A program made the translations under genes and the position numbers. DNA of 64,000 bases from an uncultured Myxococcales bacterium (lineage in GTDB: Bacteria; Myxococcota_A; UBA9042), in the NCBI GenBank assembly GCA_903955385.1, contig CAJBNH010000137.1, forward strand, positions 10,121 to 74,120, read 5' to 3'. Position 1 is the stretch's first letter. Each line of letters opens with the position of its first letter. A model generated the notes under the pieces. That model had not been told where the DNA came from. It ran no database searches and worked only from the letters and a program-made list of their open reading frames with translations. Positions 52,029-60,602 of the stretch are shown one piece after another.

Positions 52029-53201
52029 CTAGTTGCCCGGATACACCCACTGCAGGCCGACGTTGTAGGCGCCGGTGCCCAGCTGGGCAATCGGAAAGCG
52101 GTACACGACCCACTCGCCCTCGACCTTTGCGTTCGGGTGACCTTGGGCGCCCGCCAGCACCGTCCCGCCTGCGATGGCCGTCGTGGCACCCGGAACCCTG
52201 AGCGACAACTCAGCAAACGCAGCGGGCAGGACGTCGAAGCGGATCGATGCGACCTCGGTCGGCACGCCATCGGTCGGGCTGGCCCCCTCGAGCACCGGCG
52301 ACACCGCAATCGGCACGCCATCGACCAGCGCCTGCACTGCGGGCAGGGCCGAGAGCGACGCGCCCGACAGCGGCTCGGTGAACGAAAACACCAGGTAGCC
52401 CGCGCCGTTGCCCTTGTCGACCACCCGAGCCCTGTCGAGCATGGGCCGACTGGAGGTGTAGAAGTCGTGCACCGTCGGCGCGTCCAGGAAGTGGTTTGCA
52501 AGCGTCACGGTCCGGCAGTCCAGAAGCGACTGGCTTTCGCCGGGCAGGACTGTCACGCGGTAGGCCTTTCCGGTCAGCAGCGGGGTCTTGGGCGTCAGGA
52601 ACAGGTCCTCGAGCCTGTCGTCCTTGGGAGAGGCAAACGGCGTGCCGATGTCGTAGTCGATCACTGCTCCCGTCGCCAGATCGGTCAGCACGAACAGCGC
52701 CCGGATGGCCTGATGGCCCTTGACCGGATCCTTCAGCAGCGACGCGAACTTGGCCATCGGAGGGACCATGCCCACCCCTGCCGGCATTGCCCGCAGGACA
52801 AGCGGCGTTTCGGGATCGCGGTTCGTCTGCAGGGCTCCCGCCGGGTCGGCAAGCGCCACGCGCGGAAACGTCAGGGGCTTCAGGTACGCGCACTGGCCCA
52901 CCAGCGCATGCCAGTCGGCCATGTCGAGGACGTAGCGGTCGCTCGTGCACTGCAGTTGGCCACCTTGGCACTTGGGCGGGGCCAGCGTGTCGCCGCCGCA
53001 GGTGCCGCAGGTGTACTTGCCGTCCCACGTGGTCGGCGGCTCGCTGCCGTCGCAGGGCACGATCGGCGCCCCGGCAGCACCGTCGCCGACGGGCTTGACC
53101 ACCTCGCCCAAGGGGGCGGTCTTGTCCGACGGTTCCGTGCTGCAGGCGGTCAAGAGCAGCGGTATAAAAACCATCAGGTACAGGAAGTTGCGGGTGGGCA
53201 T
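52029..53201 (-). CDS. Hypothetical lipoprotein with Ig-like segments
   Basis: Lipobox LTAC, small Cys cluster, LFLTPKTPLLTGKAYRVTV and VFSFTEPL (bacterial Ig-like). Confidence 0.65.
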   Translation of the reverse strand: MPTRNFLYLMVFIPLLLTACSTEPSDKTAPLGEVVKPVGDGAAGAPIVPCDGSEPPTTWDGKYTCGTCGGDTLAPPKCQGGQLQCTSDRYVLDMADWHALVGQCAYLKPLTFPRVALADPAGALQTNRDPETPLVLRAMPAGVGMVPPMAKFASLLKDPVKGHQAIRALFVLTDLATGAVIDYDIGTPFASPKDDRLEDLFLTPKTPLLTGKAYRVTVLPGESQSLLDCRTVTLANHFLDAPTVHDFYTSSRPMLDRARVVDKGNGAGYLVFSFTEPLSGASLSALPAVQALVDGVPIAVSPVLEGASPTDGVPTEVASIRFDVLPAAFAELSLRVPGATTAIAGGTVLAGAQGHPNAKVEGEWVVYRFPIAQLGTGAYNVGLQWVYPGN

Positions 53202-53366
53202 GGGGGGAGCCTCCGGTGGATGCCTCCATGGTGCGCGTTACGCTGGGCAGGTGCAACAGTGCAGGTTCCACGAGAAATCGCCGTCGTTTGCCGCGGCGAA
53301 TTCCGTCAGTCCATCATCAAGGTCTGGATTGCAGAGCGGCTGGAGCAGCGGATCGCCTGAACGACG

Positions 53367-54419
53367 TCACCGTCGCCGCCCCGGTCGCACCGGCCCGCAC
53401 GTCGGCACTGCCGTCGCGGGCACGGTGCACGTGAGGATCGGCCCCTGTTCGTCCGAGACCTGCAGCCGCGAGTCGCCCACGTCGCCAAGCCACCGCAGCT
53501 TGGACGACCGATACCCGTTCAATTCCAAGGTGTACCACCCCTTGGCCCCGCGCACCGCCACGAGCTTCCGTTCGATCGGCGTGCACCCCCGCCCGCCGTC
53601 CAGTCCCAACAGCCGCGCCTGCACACCCGTCCGTCGGTCGTCGAGCACCTGCAGCGTCTGCAACGGCCCAATCGCGATCGGCTCCTCACACGGCCGGTCC
53701 CAGCGCAGGCCCGCCCGCACTGCGTCCAGGTCCGGCGCGGGTCCTTCGAGCGGCACCGGGGCCAGCGGGTCCTGCCAGTCGGCAAGCGTGACCGAGGTCT
53801 TGGTTCGCAGTCGATACGCCAGTCGGTCGAACGGAAAGTACTTGCCGGGGCACAAGGTAAACGTGCCGTCGACGCGGGTGTTGGTCGTCACGCGGTCGGC
53901 GGGGATGCCGTACACGGTCATCAGGCGGCGGATCAGCGACTCGGTGGCGACCATCTGCGCGGGCGAGGGCGCCTTGAGGTGCAGCACGCCCTGCAGCGAC
54001 ACGGTGATGGCCGTCGGCGCGCGGTCGGGGTGCACGACGTGGATCGACTGCGCGCGGTACTGCCAGCGGCCGATCTGGATGGCGCCATCGGGGGCCGACC
54101 CGCCGTTGCCGATCAGGAAGTGGTACTGGATGCCCAGCGGATCGTCGAAACGCTTGCCGTGCCAATGGTTGATGGCGTTGAGCGAGTCATGCGCGCCCGC
54201 CGTGTGGTGGATCACGATGTAGCGCCAGCGCGCGTCGCGCGGGTCCTTGTCGATGGCGGCGACGAGCGTGGCGTTGGTGGCAGCGACCCGGGCTGCAGCG
54301 TGCGGTTTCGCCCATGCGCTTGGAATTGTAGCGAATAGCAGTAGCGCGGCGAGCAATAGCCGCCCTTGGCGCGGGTGCGCGAGGCAAACGGAGGCTCGGA
54401 CCGGTGCGGGTCGGCTCAT
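53367..54419 (-). CDS. Amidase_2 / peptidoglycan-recognition (PGRP-like) protein with extra C-terminal domain
   Basis: Signal peptide; WRYIVIHHTAG, GIQYHFLIGNG, DGAIQIG and TLCPGKYFP. Confidence 0.82.
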   Translation of the reverse strand: MSRPAPVRASVCLAHPRQGRLLLAALLLFATIPSAWAKPHAAARVAATNATLVAAIDKDPRDARWRYIVIHHTAGAHDSLNAINHWHGKRFDDPLGIQYHFLIGNGGSAPDGAIQIGRWQYRAQSIHVVHPDRAPTAITVSLQGVLHLKAPSPAQMVATESLIRRLMTVYGIPADRVTTNTRVDGTFTLCPGKYFPFDRLAYRLRTKTSVTLADWQDPLAPVPLEGPAPDLDAVRAGLRWDRPCEEPIAIGPLQTLQVLDDRRTGVQARLLGLDGGRGCTPIERKLVAVRGAKGWYTLELNGYRSSKLRWLGDVGDSRLQVSDEQGPILTCTVPATAVPTCGPVRPGRRR

Positions 54420-54563
54420 GGAGGTAGGACGGGCGAACGGGGGATTCGGTTCACGTACGCCCGACGATTGGCCGGCGGTCTGGCCCCGCACGCCTTCGAC
54501 CAGGCTCCCCCACCCACGCCGCCGCGGTCTTCGCAAGAATTGTGTTGACTTGACAAGGTGATG

Positions 54564-54580
54564 CGTCAACAGAGTTGACG
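54564..54580. promoter_or_regulatory. Perfect palindromic operator-like site in divergent promoter region
   Basis: CGTCAAC-AGA-GTTGACG, with an extra GTTGAC half-site at 54544 and TTGACA at 54550. Confidence 0.45.
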
Positions 54581-54684
54581 GTCGTGTGATGCATTCGACA
54601 TAGAGCGACGAAATCGCTGCATCGCCCGACGTCACCAGCCGTGGCGAAGTGGACGCAGGCCATCGAGGGGGGGAGAGCTTGATC

Positions 54685-56016
54685 ATGAGGAGTTGGAATC
54701 ACTTGGCCTGGACAGCCGTCGCCGTGTCGCTGTGGGCGTGCGATGGCGGCGACGGCGCGACGACGGGCACCCAGGACACCTCGGAGACCCAAGACGTTGC
54801 TGACCTCGGGACGGACGCGACCGCGGATACTGCGGACAGCGCGACCGCCGACGCCGTCGAAGACACCGCCCTGGACGCCGCGACCGCCGACGCCGTCGAA
54901 GACACCGCCCAGGACACCGCGACCCTCGATGCCGCAGAGGACGCGGTCGCGCCCGACGTGGCCGTGGATGAAGTCGACACGTCGACGCCCAGCTACCCCG
55001 CCGCCACCCGCGTCGTGGTCGGCCGCGCCTTTGATGCCAACAGCGCCACCATCTGCATCTTCCGCCAGGACGCCGAGCCGTGGTGCTGGGGCTTGGACAT
55101 CCAGGGCCAGGCGTTCGGCAAGGGCACCGTAGCGCTGGTCAAGGGGCAGGAGCTGGCCCTATCGGAGGTGGTGGACTTCGCCGCGAGCAACACCGCCGCG
55201 TGCGCGCTGAAGAAGGGCGGCACGCTGTGGTGCGTGGGCGAGGCCAACATGCCCGGCACCGGCAACAACGCGCCCTGGACCCAGGTGACGCTGCCGAACG
55301 CGCCGACGCTCAAGGCGATCTTCGCGGGTTACGCCGGCTTTGCCGCGCTTGCGACCAACGGCGATGTGTACGGCTTTGGCTACTCCCTCGGCTTCGGCGG
55401 GCCCTTCGCCGAGGGCCCCAAGCTGATCGACTCGGGCGTGGCGCAGGTGCTGTCGGGCATGGCCGCGACGGTGTTCTTGAAGGATGCACTTCCCGACACC
55501 GTGTTCGGCAATTTCGGGTGGGAAGTGCCGAACTACACCGAGGCGACACCGGTCGCCGCGCCGTTCGACATCGCGGGCGGCAACGCCGGCTGGGACAGCA
55601 CCGTGCTGCTGGCCGCGGACGGCACGCTTTGGGGCATCGGCCGCAACGACAACAAGCTGACGGCAGAGTTGGGCGCGTGGAAGGAGTGGAAGCAGCTGCC
55701 GAGCATCCCGGGCGTCGTCGAGGTCGTGACCCACTCGGCGGGCGCGTGCGCTTTGCTCGGCTCGGGCGAGGTCCACTGCTTCGGCATGGCCAGCGCGCCG
55801 CTCGGGCGGCCGCCCGTGGGCGATGGCCACCAGCCGGCCGGCGCAGTCCAGTTCAACGGCCAGCCCCTGACCGGCATCGCCCACATCTATGCCGGGATGA
55901 GCACGATGATCGCACTTGGCAAGGACGGCTCGGTGTGGATGTGGGGCTTCGGTCCGGCCCCGACCGGCGGCTCTGGCGGATGGCCAGTCATGAAGATCTA
56001 CCCGCCCGCGCCCTGA
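54685..56016 (+). CDS. RCC1/BLIP-II repeat beta-propeller lipoprotein
   Basis: Lipobox LWAC; Asp/Ala/Thr tether; blades ACALKKGGTLWCVG, FAALATNGDVYGFG, TVLLAADGTLWGIG, ACALLGSGEVHCFG and IALGKDGSVWMWG. Confidence 0.82.
   Translation: MRSWNHLAWTAVAVSLWACDGGDGATTGTQDTSETQDVADLGTDATADTADSATADAVEDTALDAATADAVEDTAQDTATLDAAEDAVAPDVAVDEVDTSTPSYPAATRVVVGRAFDANSATICIFRQDAEPWCWGLDIQGQAFGKGTVALVKGQELALSEVVDFAASNTAACALKKGGTLWCVGEANMPGTGNNAPWTQVTLPNAPTLKAIFAGYAGFAALATNGDVYGFGYSLGFGGPFAEGPKLIDSGVAQVLSGMAATVFLKDALPDTVFGNFGWEVPNYTEATPVAAPFDIAGGNAGWDSTVLLAADGTLWGIGRNDNKLTAELGAWKEWKQLPSIPGVVEVVTHSAGACALLGSGEVHCFGMASAPLGRPPVGDGHQPAGAVQFNGQPLTGIAHIYAGMSTMIALGKDGSVWMWGFGPAPTGGSGGWPVMKIYPPAP
54841..54918 (+). repeat. 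39-bp tandem coding repeat (2 near-perfect copies, followed by a degenerate third)
   Basis: gcgaccgccgacgccgtcgaagacaccgcc at 54841 and 54880, encoding ATADAVEDTA(L/Q)D. Confidence 0.85.
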
Positions 56017-56044
56017 GAGCTGTTGTCTCACAAGCGCCGAGTCG

Positions 56045-56443
56045 TCACTTCCAGGCCTCCGGCGCCCGGTACTCGGTGGCGAAGAGGTCGCGCTCGACCA
56101 CAAAGGCAGTCCCGGTAAAGGGCCCGTCGGGGCAGAAGCCGGTGTGCGACGTCTCGATCAGCACGGGCCGGCCCTGCTGCAGCTCCAGCTCGCGCGTGCC
56201 CCCCTGCCCGTCGGACAGCAACAGCGTCAACCGCCCGCGGATCAACAGGAACAGCTCGGGGCAGGTGTGCTTCTCCAGCTCGGTGACGTCGGCCGCGCAA
56301 GTCGCCTCGGGCGAGTACAGCCCGGCGCGCCAGTGGTCCGCGTCGCCGCACACGACCTGCCACACCTGACGGTCCTGGGGCTGCAGCAGCACGTCGGGCG
56401 TGACCTGGGGAAACGACGGGGCAAACACCTGTACGTGGCGCAT
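56045..56443 (-). CDS. Small cupin-like protein
   Basis: LEKHTCPELFLLIRGRLTLLL...ELQQGRPVLI..SH fits a cupin barrel pattern. Lies downstream of the symporter genes. Confidence 0.6.
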   Translation of the reverse strand: MRHVQVFAPSFPQVTPDVLLQPQDRQVWQVVCGDADHWRAGLYSPEATCAADVTELEKHTCPELFLLIRGRLTLLLSDGQGGTRELELQQGRPVLIETSHTGFCPDGPFTGTAFVVERDLFATEYRAPEAWK

Positions 56444-56511
56444 GGACGACCTTGGGGGCGGACTTCCCGCCCGACGAAAGATGTCAGATGACAAGTCCTG
56501 ACACCCGCCGG

Positions 56512-56736
56512 TCAGTCCTTGGGACGTCCGGCCCAGCCGATGGCGGTAAACAGCACCCCGGCGACGGTCAGGATGGCGCCCCACCACAGGGCGGGACGCG
56601 TCTCGGAGAGCACGGTCGGCCGCGCGCTGCCCATCAGGCCCGCAACGACGACAAGCACGCCGTAGGTCAGCAGGATGACGCCGACGAAGAACCAGATCGG
56701 CATGGGTTCAGCGGACTTGGGGGTGGTCGGTTCCAT
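56512..56736 (-). CDS. Small two-TM membrane protein associated with the sodium:solute symporter
   Basis: IWFFVGVILLTYGVLVV...LWWGAILTVAGVLF; GGAGG RBS, 9 nt after the symporter stop. Confidence 0.75.
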   Translation of the reverse strand: MEPTTPKSAEPMPIWFFVGVILLTYGVLVVVAGLMGSARPTVLSETRPALWWGAILTVAGVLFTAIGWAGRPKD

Positions 56737-56745
56737 ACGGTCCTC

Positions 56746-58425
56746 CTACCAGAAGTAGACGTTCAGCGCGACGAGCACGGCGAAGCTGGCCGCGGCCCAG
56801 ACCGCAGGTCGGCCGTACCAGGCGACCTGGCTGTCGTCGGTGTCGGGCGTCAGGCCCTTGACCAGGCCCACCAACTCCGCGTCGGTCTTGGGTTTGGTCA
56901 CGAGCGTCAGCGCGACGGTCACGACGAAGCACACGCCCCACGCCCAGATGGCCTGCCACAAGTTGCGCGTCATGTCGGACGGATTGTCGGCAAAGGTCAG
57001 GGTGTGGGCGAGCTCGGGCGAGATGGCCTTGAGCTTGAAGCCGAGGAAGATCGAGAACGAGGCGATCATGCCGGCGATCAGGCCGTAGAAGGCGGCGGTC
57101 GAGGTCGTGCGCTTCCAGAACATGCCCAGCAACATCGTGGCGAACAAGGGCGCGTTGACCCAAGAGAAGATCGCCTGGATGTAGTCCATGATCGCGTTGA
57201 ACTGCATGGCCAGGTACGCGGTGCCGATGCTGAGCAGGATGCCGACGATGGTCATCACGCGGCCCACCCGCAGCAGGTGCGCGTCGGTGGCGTCCTTCTT
57301 GATGACGGCGCGGTAGATGTCGTACGTGAACACGGTGTTGAAGGCGCTGACGTTGCCCGCCTGACCGGCCATGAAGCCGGCGAGCAGGGCGGTGATGCCC
57401 AGGCCGACCAGACCTTCCGGGTAGTAGCGCACGATCAGCAGCGGCAACGCCGCGTCGTACCAGGTCTTGCTGGCGTCCATCGGGTCGGCGGGCATGACGA
57501 AGCTGCCGTCGCCGCGGGCCGCGAGCTTGTAGGCGACCAGACCCGCGACCACGACGATGAAGGGCAGCGCCATCTTGAAGAACGAGGCGGTGATGGGTGT
57601 CAGGCGTGCCGACCGCAAGTCCTTGGACGAAAAGGCCCTTTGTACGACCAGAAAGTCGGTGGTCCAGTAGCCGAACGACAGCACGAAGCCAAGGCCCATC
57701 ACGATGCCCGGCCAGGTGACGCCCATCGCGTTCTGCGACGACTCGCCCGTGGTGGACCACAGCGACGCCATGGCCGGCGGCAGGCCCGCGAAGACCTGCT
57801 CGACGCCGCCCATCTCCATCACGCCCAGCACCGACACCAGGAACAGGCCGGCCCAGATGAGGAAGAACTGGACGATCTCGGTGAAGATCGCGCTCATCAG
57901 GCCGCCCAGCGTGATGTAGCAGGCAATCGCGGCGGCCGAGACCCACATCGACACGTTCCAGCCCCAGCCCAGCAGCACGTTGAAGACAAGGGCCATCAGG
58001 TAGAGGTTGATGCCGCTCATCAGCAAGGTCATGATCGCAAAAGAGAATGCATTGAGCAGGCGCGACCGTTCGTCGAACCGCAGCAGCAGATACCCGGGCA
58101 CCGAGTGGATCTTGCTGGAGTAGTAGAAGGGCATCATGTAGAGGCCCAGGAACAGCATCGCGGGGATGGCGCCGATCCAATAGAACTGCGACACGAGCAT
58201 GCCGTACTTCATCGTGCCGCCGGTCCACCCGAGGATCTCGAGTGCGCCCAGGTTGGCCGACAGGAACGCCAACCCCGCGACCCAGGACGAGTTTCTGCGT
58301 CCGGCCAGGAAGAAGTCTTCTCCCGTCGTGGTGAAGCGACGCAGGTACAAGCCGATGCCGATGATGGCGACGAAGTACAGGCCGATGATGGCCCAGTCGA
58401 TGGGGGCAAGCTGGATGGTGTGCAT
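56746..58425 (-). CDS. Sodium:solute symporter (SSS/SLC5), probably sugar
   Basis: DFFLAGR, SANLGALE, YITLGGL, FGYWTTDF.VVQR, FMAGQAGNVSAFNTVFTYDIY; about 13 TMs. Confidence 0.93.
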   Translation of the reverse strand: MHTIQLAPIDWAIIGLYFVAIIGIGLYLRRFTTTGEDFFLAGRRNSSWVAGLAFLSANLGALEILGWTGGTMKYGMLVSQFYWIGAIPAMLFLGLYMMPFYYSSKIHSVPGYLLLRFDERSRLLNAFSFAIMTLLMSGINLYLMALVFNVLLGWGWNVSMWVSAAAIACYITLGGLMSAIFTEIVQFFLIWAGLFLVSVLGVMEMGGVEQVFAGLPPAMASLWSTTGESSQNAMGVTWPGIVMGLGFVLSFGYWTTDFLVVQRAFSSKDLRSARLTPITASFFKMALPFIVVVAGLVAYKLAARGDGSFVMPADPMDASKTWYDAALPLLIVRYYPEGLVGLGITALLAGFMAGQAGNVSAFNTVFTYDIYRAVIKKDATDAHLLRVGRVMTIVGILLSIGTAYLAMQFNAIMDYIQAIFSWVNAPLFATMLLGMFWKRTTSTAAFYGLIAGMIASFSIFLGFKLKAISPELAHTLTFADNPSDMTRNLWQAIWAWGVCFVVTVALTLVTKPKTDAELVGLVKGLTPDTDDSQVAWYGRPAVWAAASFAVLVALNVYFW

Positions 58426-58558
58426 GCGGGCTCCGGCACTGTGAAGGGTGGCGGGACGGAGCGGTCGGCGCCCGTTGGTGGGGCGGCCCAAGGGACGGGG
58501 GCGAGTGTAGGCCCGGTCGGCCCCGAGGTCCAACCCGCGGCATTGATGGAAGGCCCGG

Positions 58559-58580
58559 GATGTGCGAGGTTGTGCACATC
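58559..58580. promoter_or_regulatory. Inverted repeat between divergent symporter and Cys-rich lipoprotein genes
   Basis: GATGTGC-GAGGTTGT-GCACATC. Confidence 0.3.
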
Positions 58581-58652
58581 GTCGTCCGCAGACTCTGACG
58601 TCGCTGGTTTCGCTCGTTCGCCCCCCGGTCCCCCCCCGTTTCGGAGTCCCGC

Positions 58653-60335
58653 ATGTTCGTCGCCACCCATCCCCTGTTCCGCCGTCCCGCGACCTTGTGC
58701 GCCGTGTTGTTCCTGCTCGCCCTTGCCACCAGTGGTTGCGGCGATGTTGCCAGCCCCGTGCTGCAAGGCAGCGACGTGGTCGGCGGAGACACCGACGTCA
58801 CCGACGAGGTCGCAGGCACGTGCACGACCGACCAGGACTGTTTGGCCGACGGGCTGGTGTGCGACGTCGAGTCGGGCGCGTGCGTCCAGTGCCGCGCCGC
58901 CACCGACTGCCCGGGAGAGACCGACCAGTGCGTCAACTCGACGTGCCTGACGCGCACCGCCTGCAAGTCCGACAAGCAGTGCTTGGATCAGGGGTTTGTG
59001 TGCGACGACAAAGCGGGTTTCTGCGTGGCCTGCCTGACCGATGCCGACTGCGGCGAGCTGCTGTGCAAGGCCAACCAATGCGTCGCGCCGCCACCGTCCT
59101 GCGTCAGCTCGAAGGACTGCAAACCCTTCAATCAGGTCTGCAACAAGACCGCCGGCTATTGCGTGGACTGCAACTCGGATGTGGATTGCCCGTCGAGCGC
59201 GTTTTGCAGCAGCGGCGCGTGCGCGCCCGATGTGTGCAAGGCCGACGAGCACGCCTGTCCATCGGCGAACGTGTCGGCGGTCTGCACGGCGAACGGCTCC
59301 AATTTCATCGAGACCCAGTGCGTGCAGGGCGAGGTCTGCGATCTGGGCTCGTGCTGGAAGGTCGTGTGCACGCCGGGCGATGTGTGGTGTCTGGCGGGCA
59401 ACGTCGCGCAGTGCAACAAGCTGGGCACCGACAATTTCCAGAAGGAGATCTGCGGATCTGAGAGCGTGTGCAAGGCCGGCAAGTGCCAGATGAAGCTGTG
59501 CGAGCCGGGCGTCAGCCAGTGCGCGGGCGCCACCGTGCGGACATGCGACGCCGAGGGGTTGGCCTGGATCTACAAGGCCTGCGCCCCTGCAAGCAGCGGC
59601 AAGCCCGCCGAAGTCTGCGTCGTCGGCACCTTGGGGCCCACCTGTGCGGTGCCGGCGTGCACGGCGGGGCAGTCCTTCTGCGCCGGGACGCTTGCCTACA
59701 GCTGCTCGAACGACGGCATGCAGACCACCCTGGTCGGCGACTGCAGCAAGCCCGCCGCCGACGGCAAGCCCCAGCTCTGCATGAACGGCCAATGCGTCGC
59801 GCAGAAGTGCACGCCCGGCAGCCAGACCTGCGCAGACGGCCAGACGCTGGCCAAGTGCAAGGCCGACGGCACCGGCTACGACAACACCCCCTGCGGCGCC
59901 AACATGGGGTGCGAGGTGGACCAGTGCAAGGCAGCGGTCTGCACGCCCGGGGCGACCTTGTGCTCCGGCACGGTCGTCGAGCTCTGCAACGGTTCTGGCA
60001 CCGGCAAGACACCGGTCAAGGACTGCAAGACCAGCTCGCAGGCGTGCAAGGACGGCGGTTGCGTCGATTTCGTCTGCCCGGCGGGCGCGGTCGCGTGTCA
60101 GGGCGGCAAGAAGGCTGCGTGCTCGGCCGACGGCATGGCGTGGACGATGACCGATTGCCCCAGCGGCGAGACGTGCTCGGCCGGCTCGTGCAAGTTGTTG
60201 ATCTGCAAGCCGAGCCAGCTGTCGTGCGACGGAAACTCGGTCGTGAAGTGCGACTCGACCGGCACCACGCAGCAGGTGCTCGAAAAATGCGGCGACACCG
60301 GCAAGACCTGCATGTCCGGCGTCTGCGTGAAGTAG
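58653..60335 (+). CDS. Almost entirely Cys-repeat lipoprotein
   Basis: Lipobox TSGC; CxxDxDC units, then repeated CxPGxxxCxGxxxxxCxxxG units up to the stop; no globular tip domain. Confidence 0.82.
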   Translation: MFVATHPLFRRPATLCAVLFLLALATSGCGDVASPVLQGSDVVGGDTDVTDEVAGTCTTDQDCLADGLVCDVESGACVQCRAATDCPGETDQCVNSTCLTRTACKSDKQCLDQGFVCDDKAGFCVACLTDADCGELLCKANQCVAPPPSCVSSKDCKPFNQVCNKTAGYCVDCNSDVDCPSSAFCSSGACAPDVCKADEHACPSANVSAVCTANGSNFIETQCVQGEVCDLGSCWKVVCTPGDVWCLAGNVAQCNKLGTDNFQKEICGSESVCKAGKCQMKLCEPGVSQCAGATVRTCDAEGLAWIYKACAPASSGKPAEVCVVGTLGPTCAVPACTAGQSFCAGTLAYSCSNDGMQTTLVGDCSKPAADGKPQLCMNGQCVAQKCTPGSQTCADGQTLAKCKADGTGYDNTPCGANMGCEVDQCKAAVCTPGATLCSGTVVELCNGSGTGKTPVKDCKTSSQACKDGGCVDFVCPAGAVACQGGKKAACSADGMAWTMTDCPSGETCSAGSCKLLICKPSQLSCDGNSVVKCDSTGTTQQVLEKCGDTGKTCMSGVCVK

Positions 60336-60602
60336 CCCGCCCGCCCACCCCGCGAGAATCTCGAGGCGCGGGAATCCCTTTGAGCTGAATCGCCAACGGA
60401 GGCTCTCGCGCGCAACTGCGGCGGCCATCGCAGCGCCGTGTGCGCGCCCGTCGTGCACGCGCGTGCGCCGTCTACTCCGGGAAGGGGGGCATGGAAGCCC
60501 CGCGGAAGAACCGGGAAAATTTGTGGTCGCCTCACCGATCCTGAATCATGATTGCGCTCGGAAACGCGTGTTCCTGAATCCGACGGCTCGAGAGGTTGGC
60601 CC

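Noticed and set aside
58653-60335. Calling this gene traA because it precedes a traB-like gene
   Set aside because: It is an N-terminal lipoprotein with no variable globular domain and no MYXO-CTERM, and it lies 267 nt from the barrel gene.
56452-60458. Long ORFs 56452..58950 (+), 56708..58975 (-) and 58209..60458 (-)
   Set aside because: Antisense or frame shadows of the symporter and Cys-rich lipoprotein genes.
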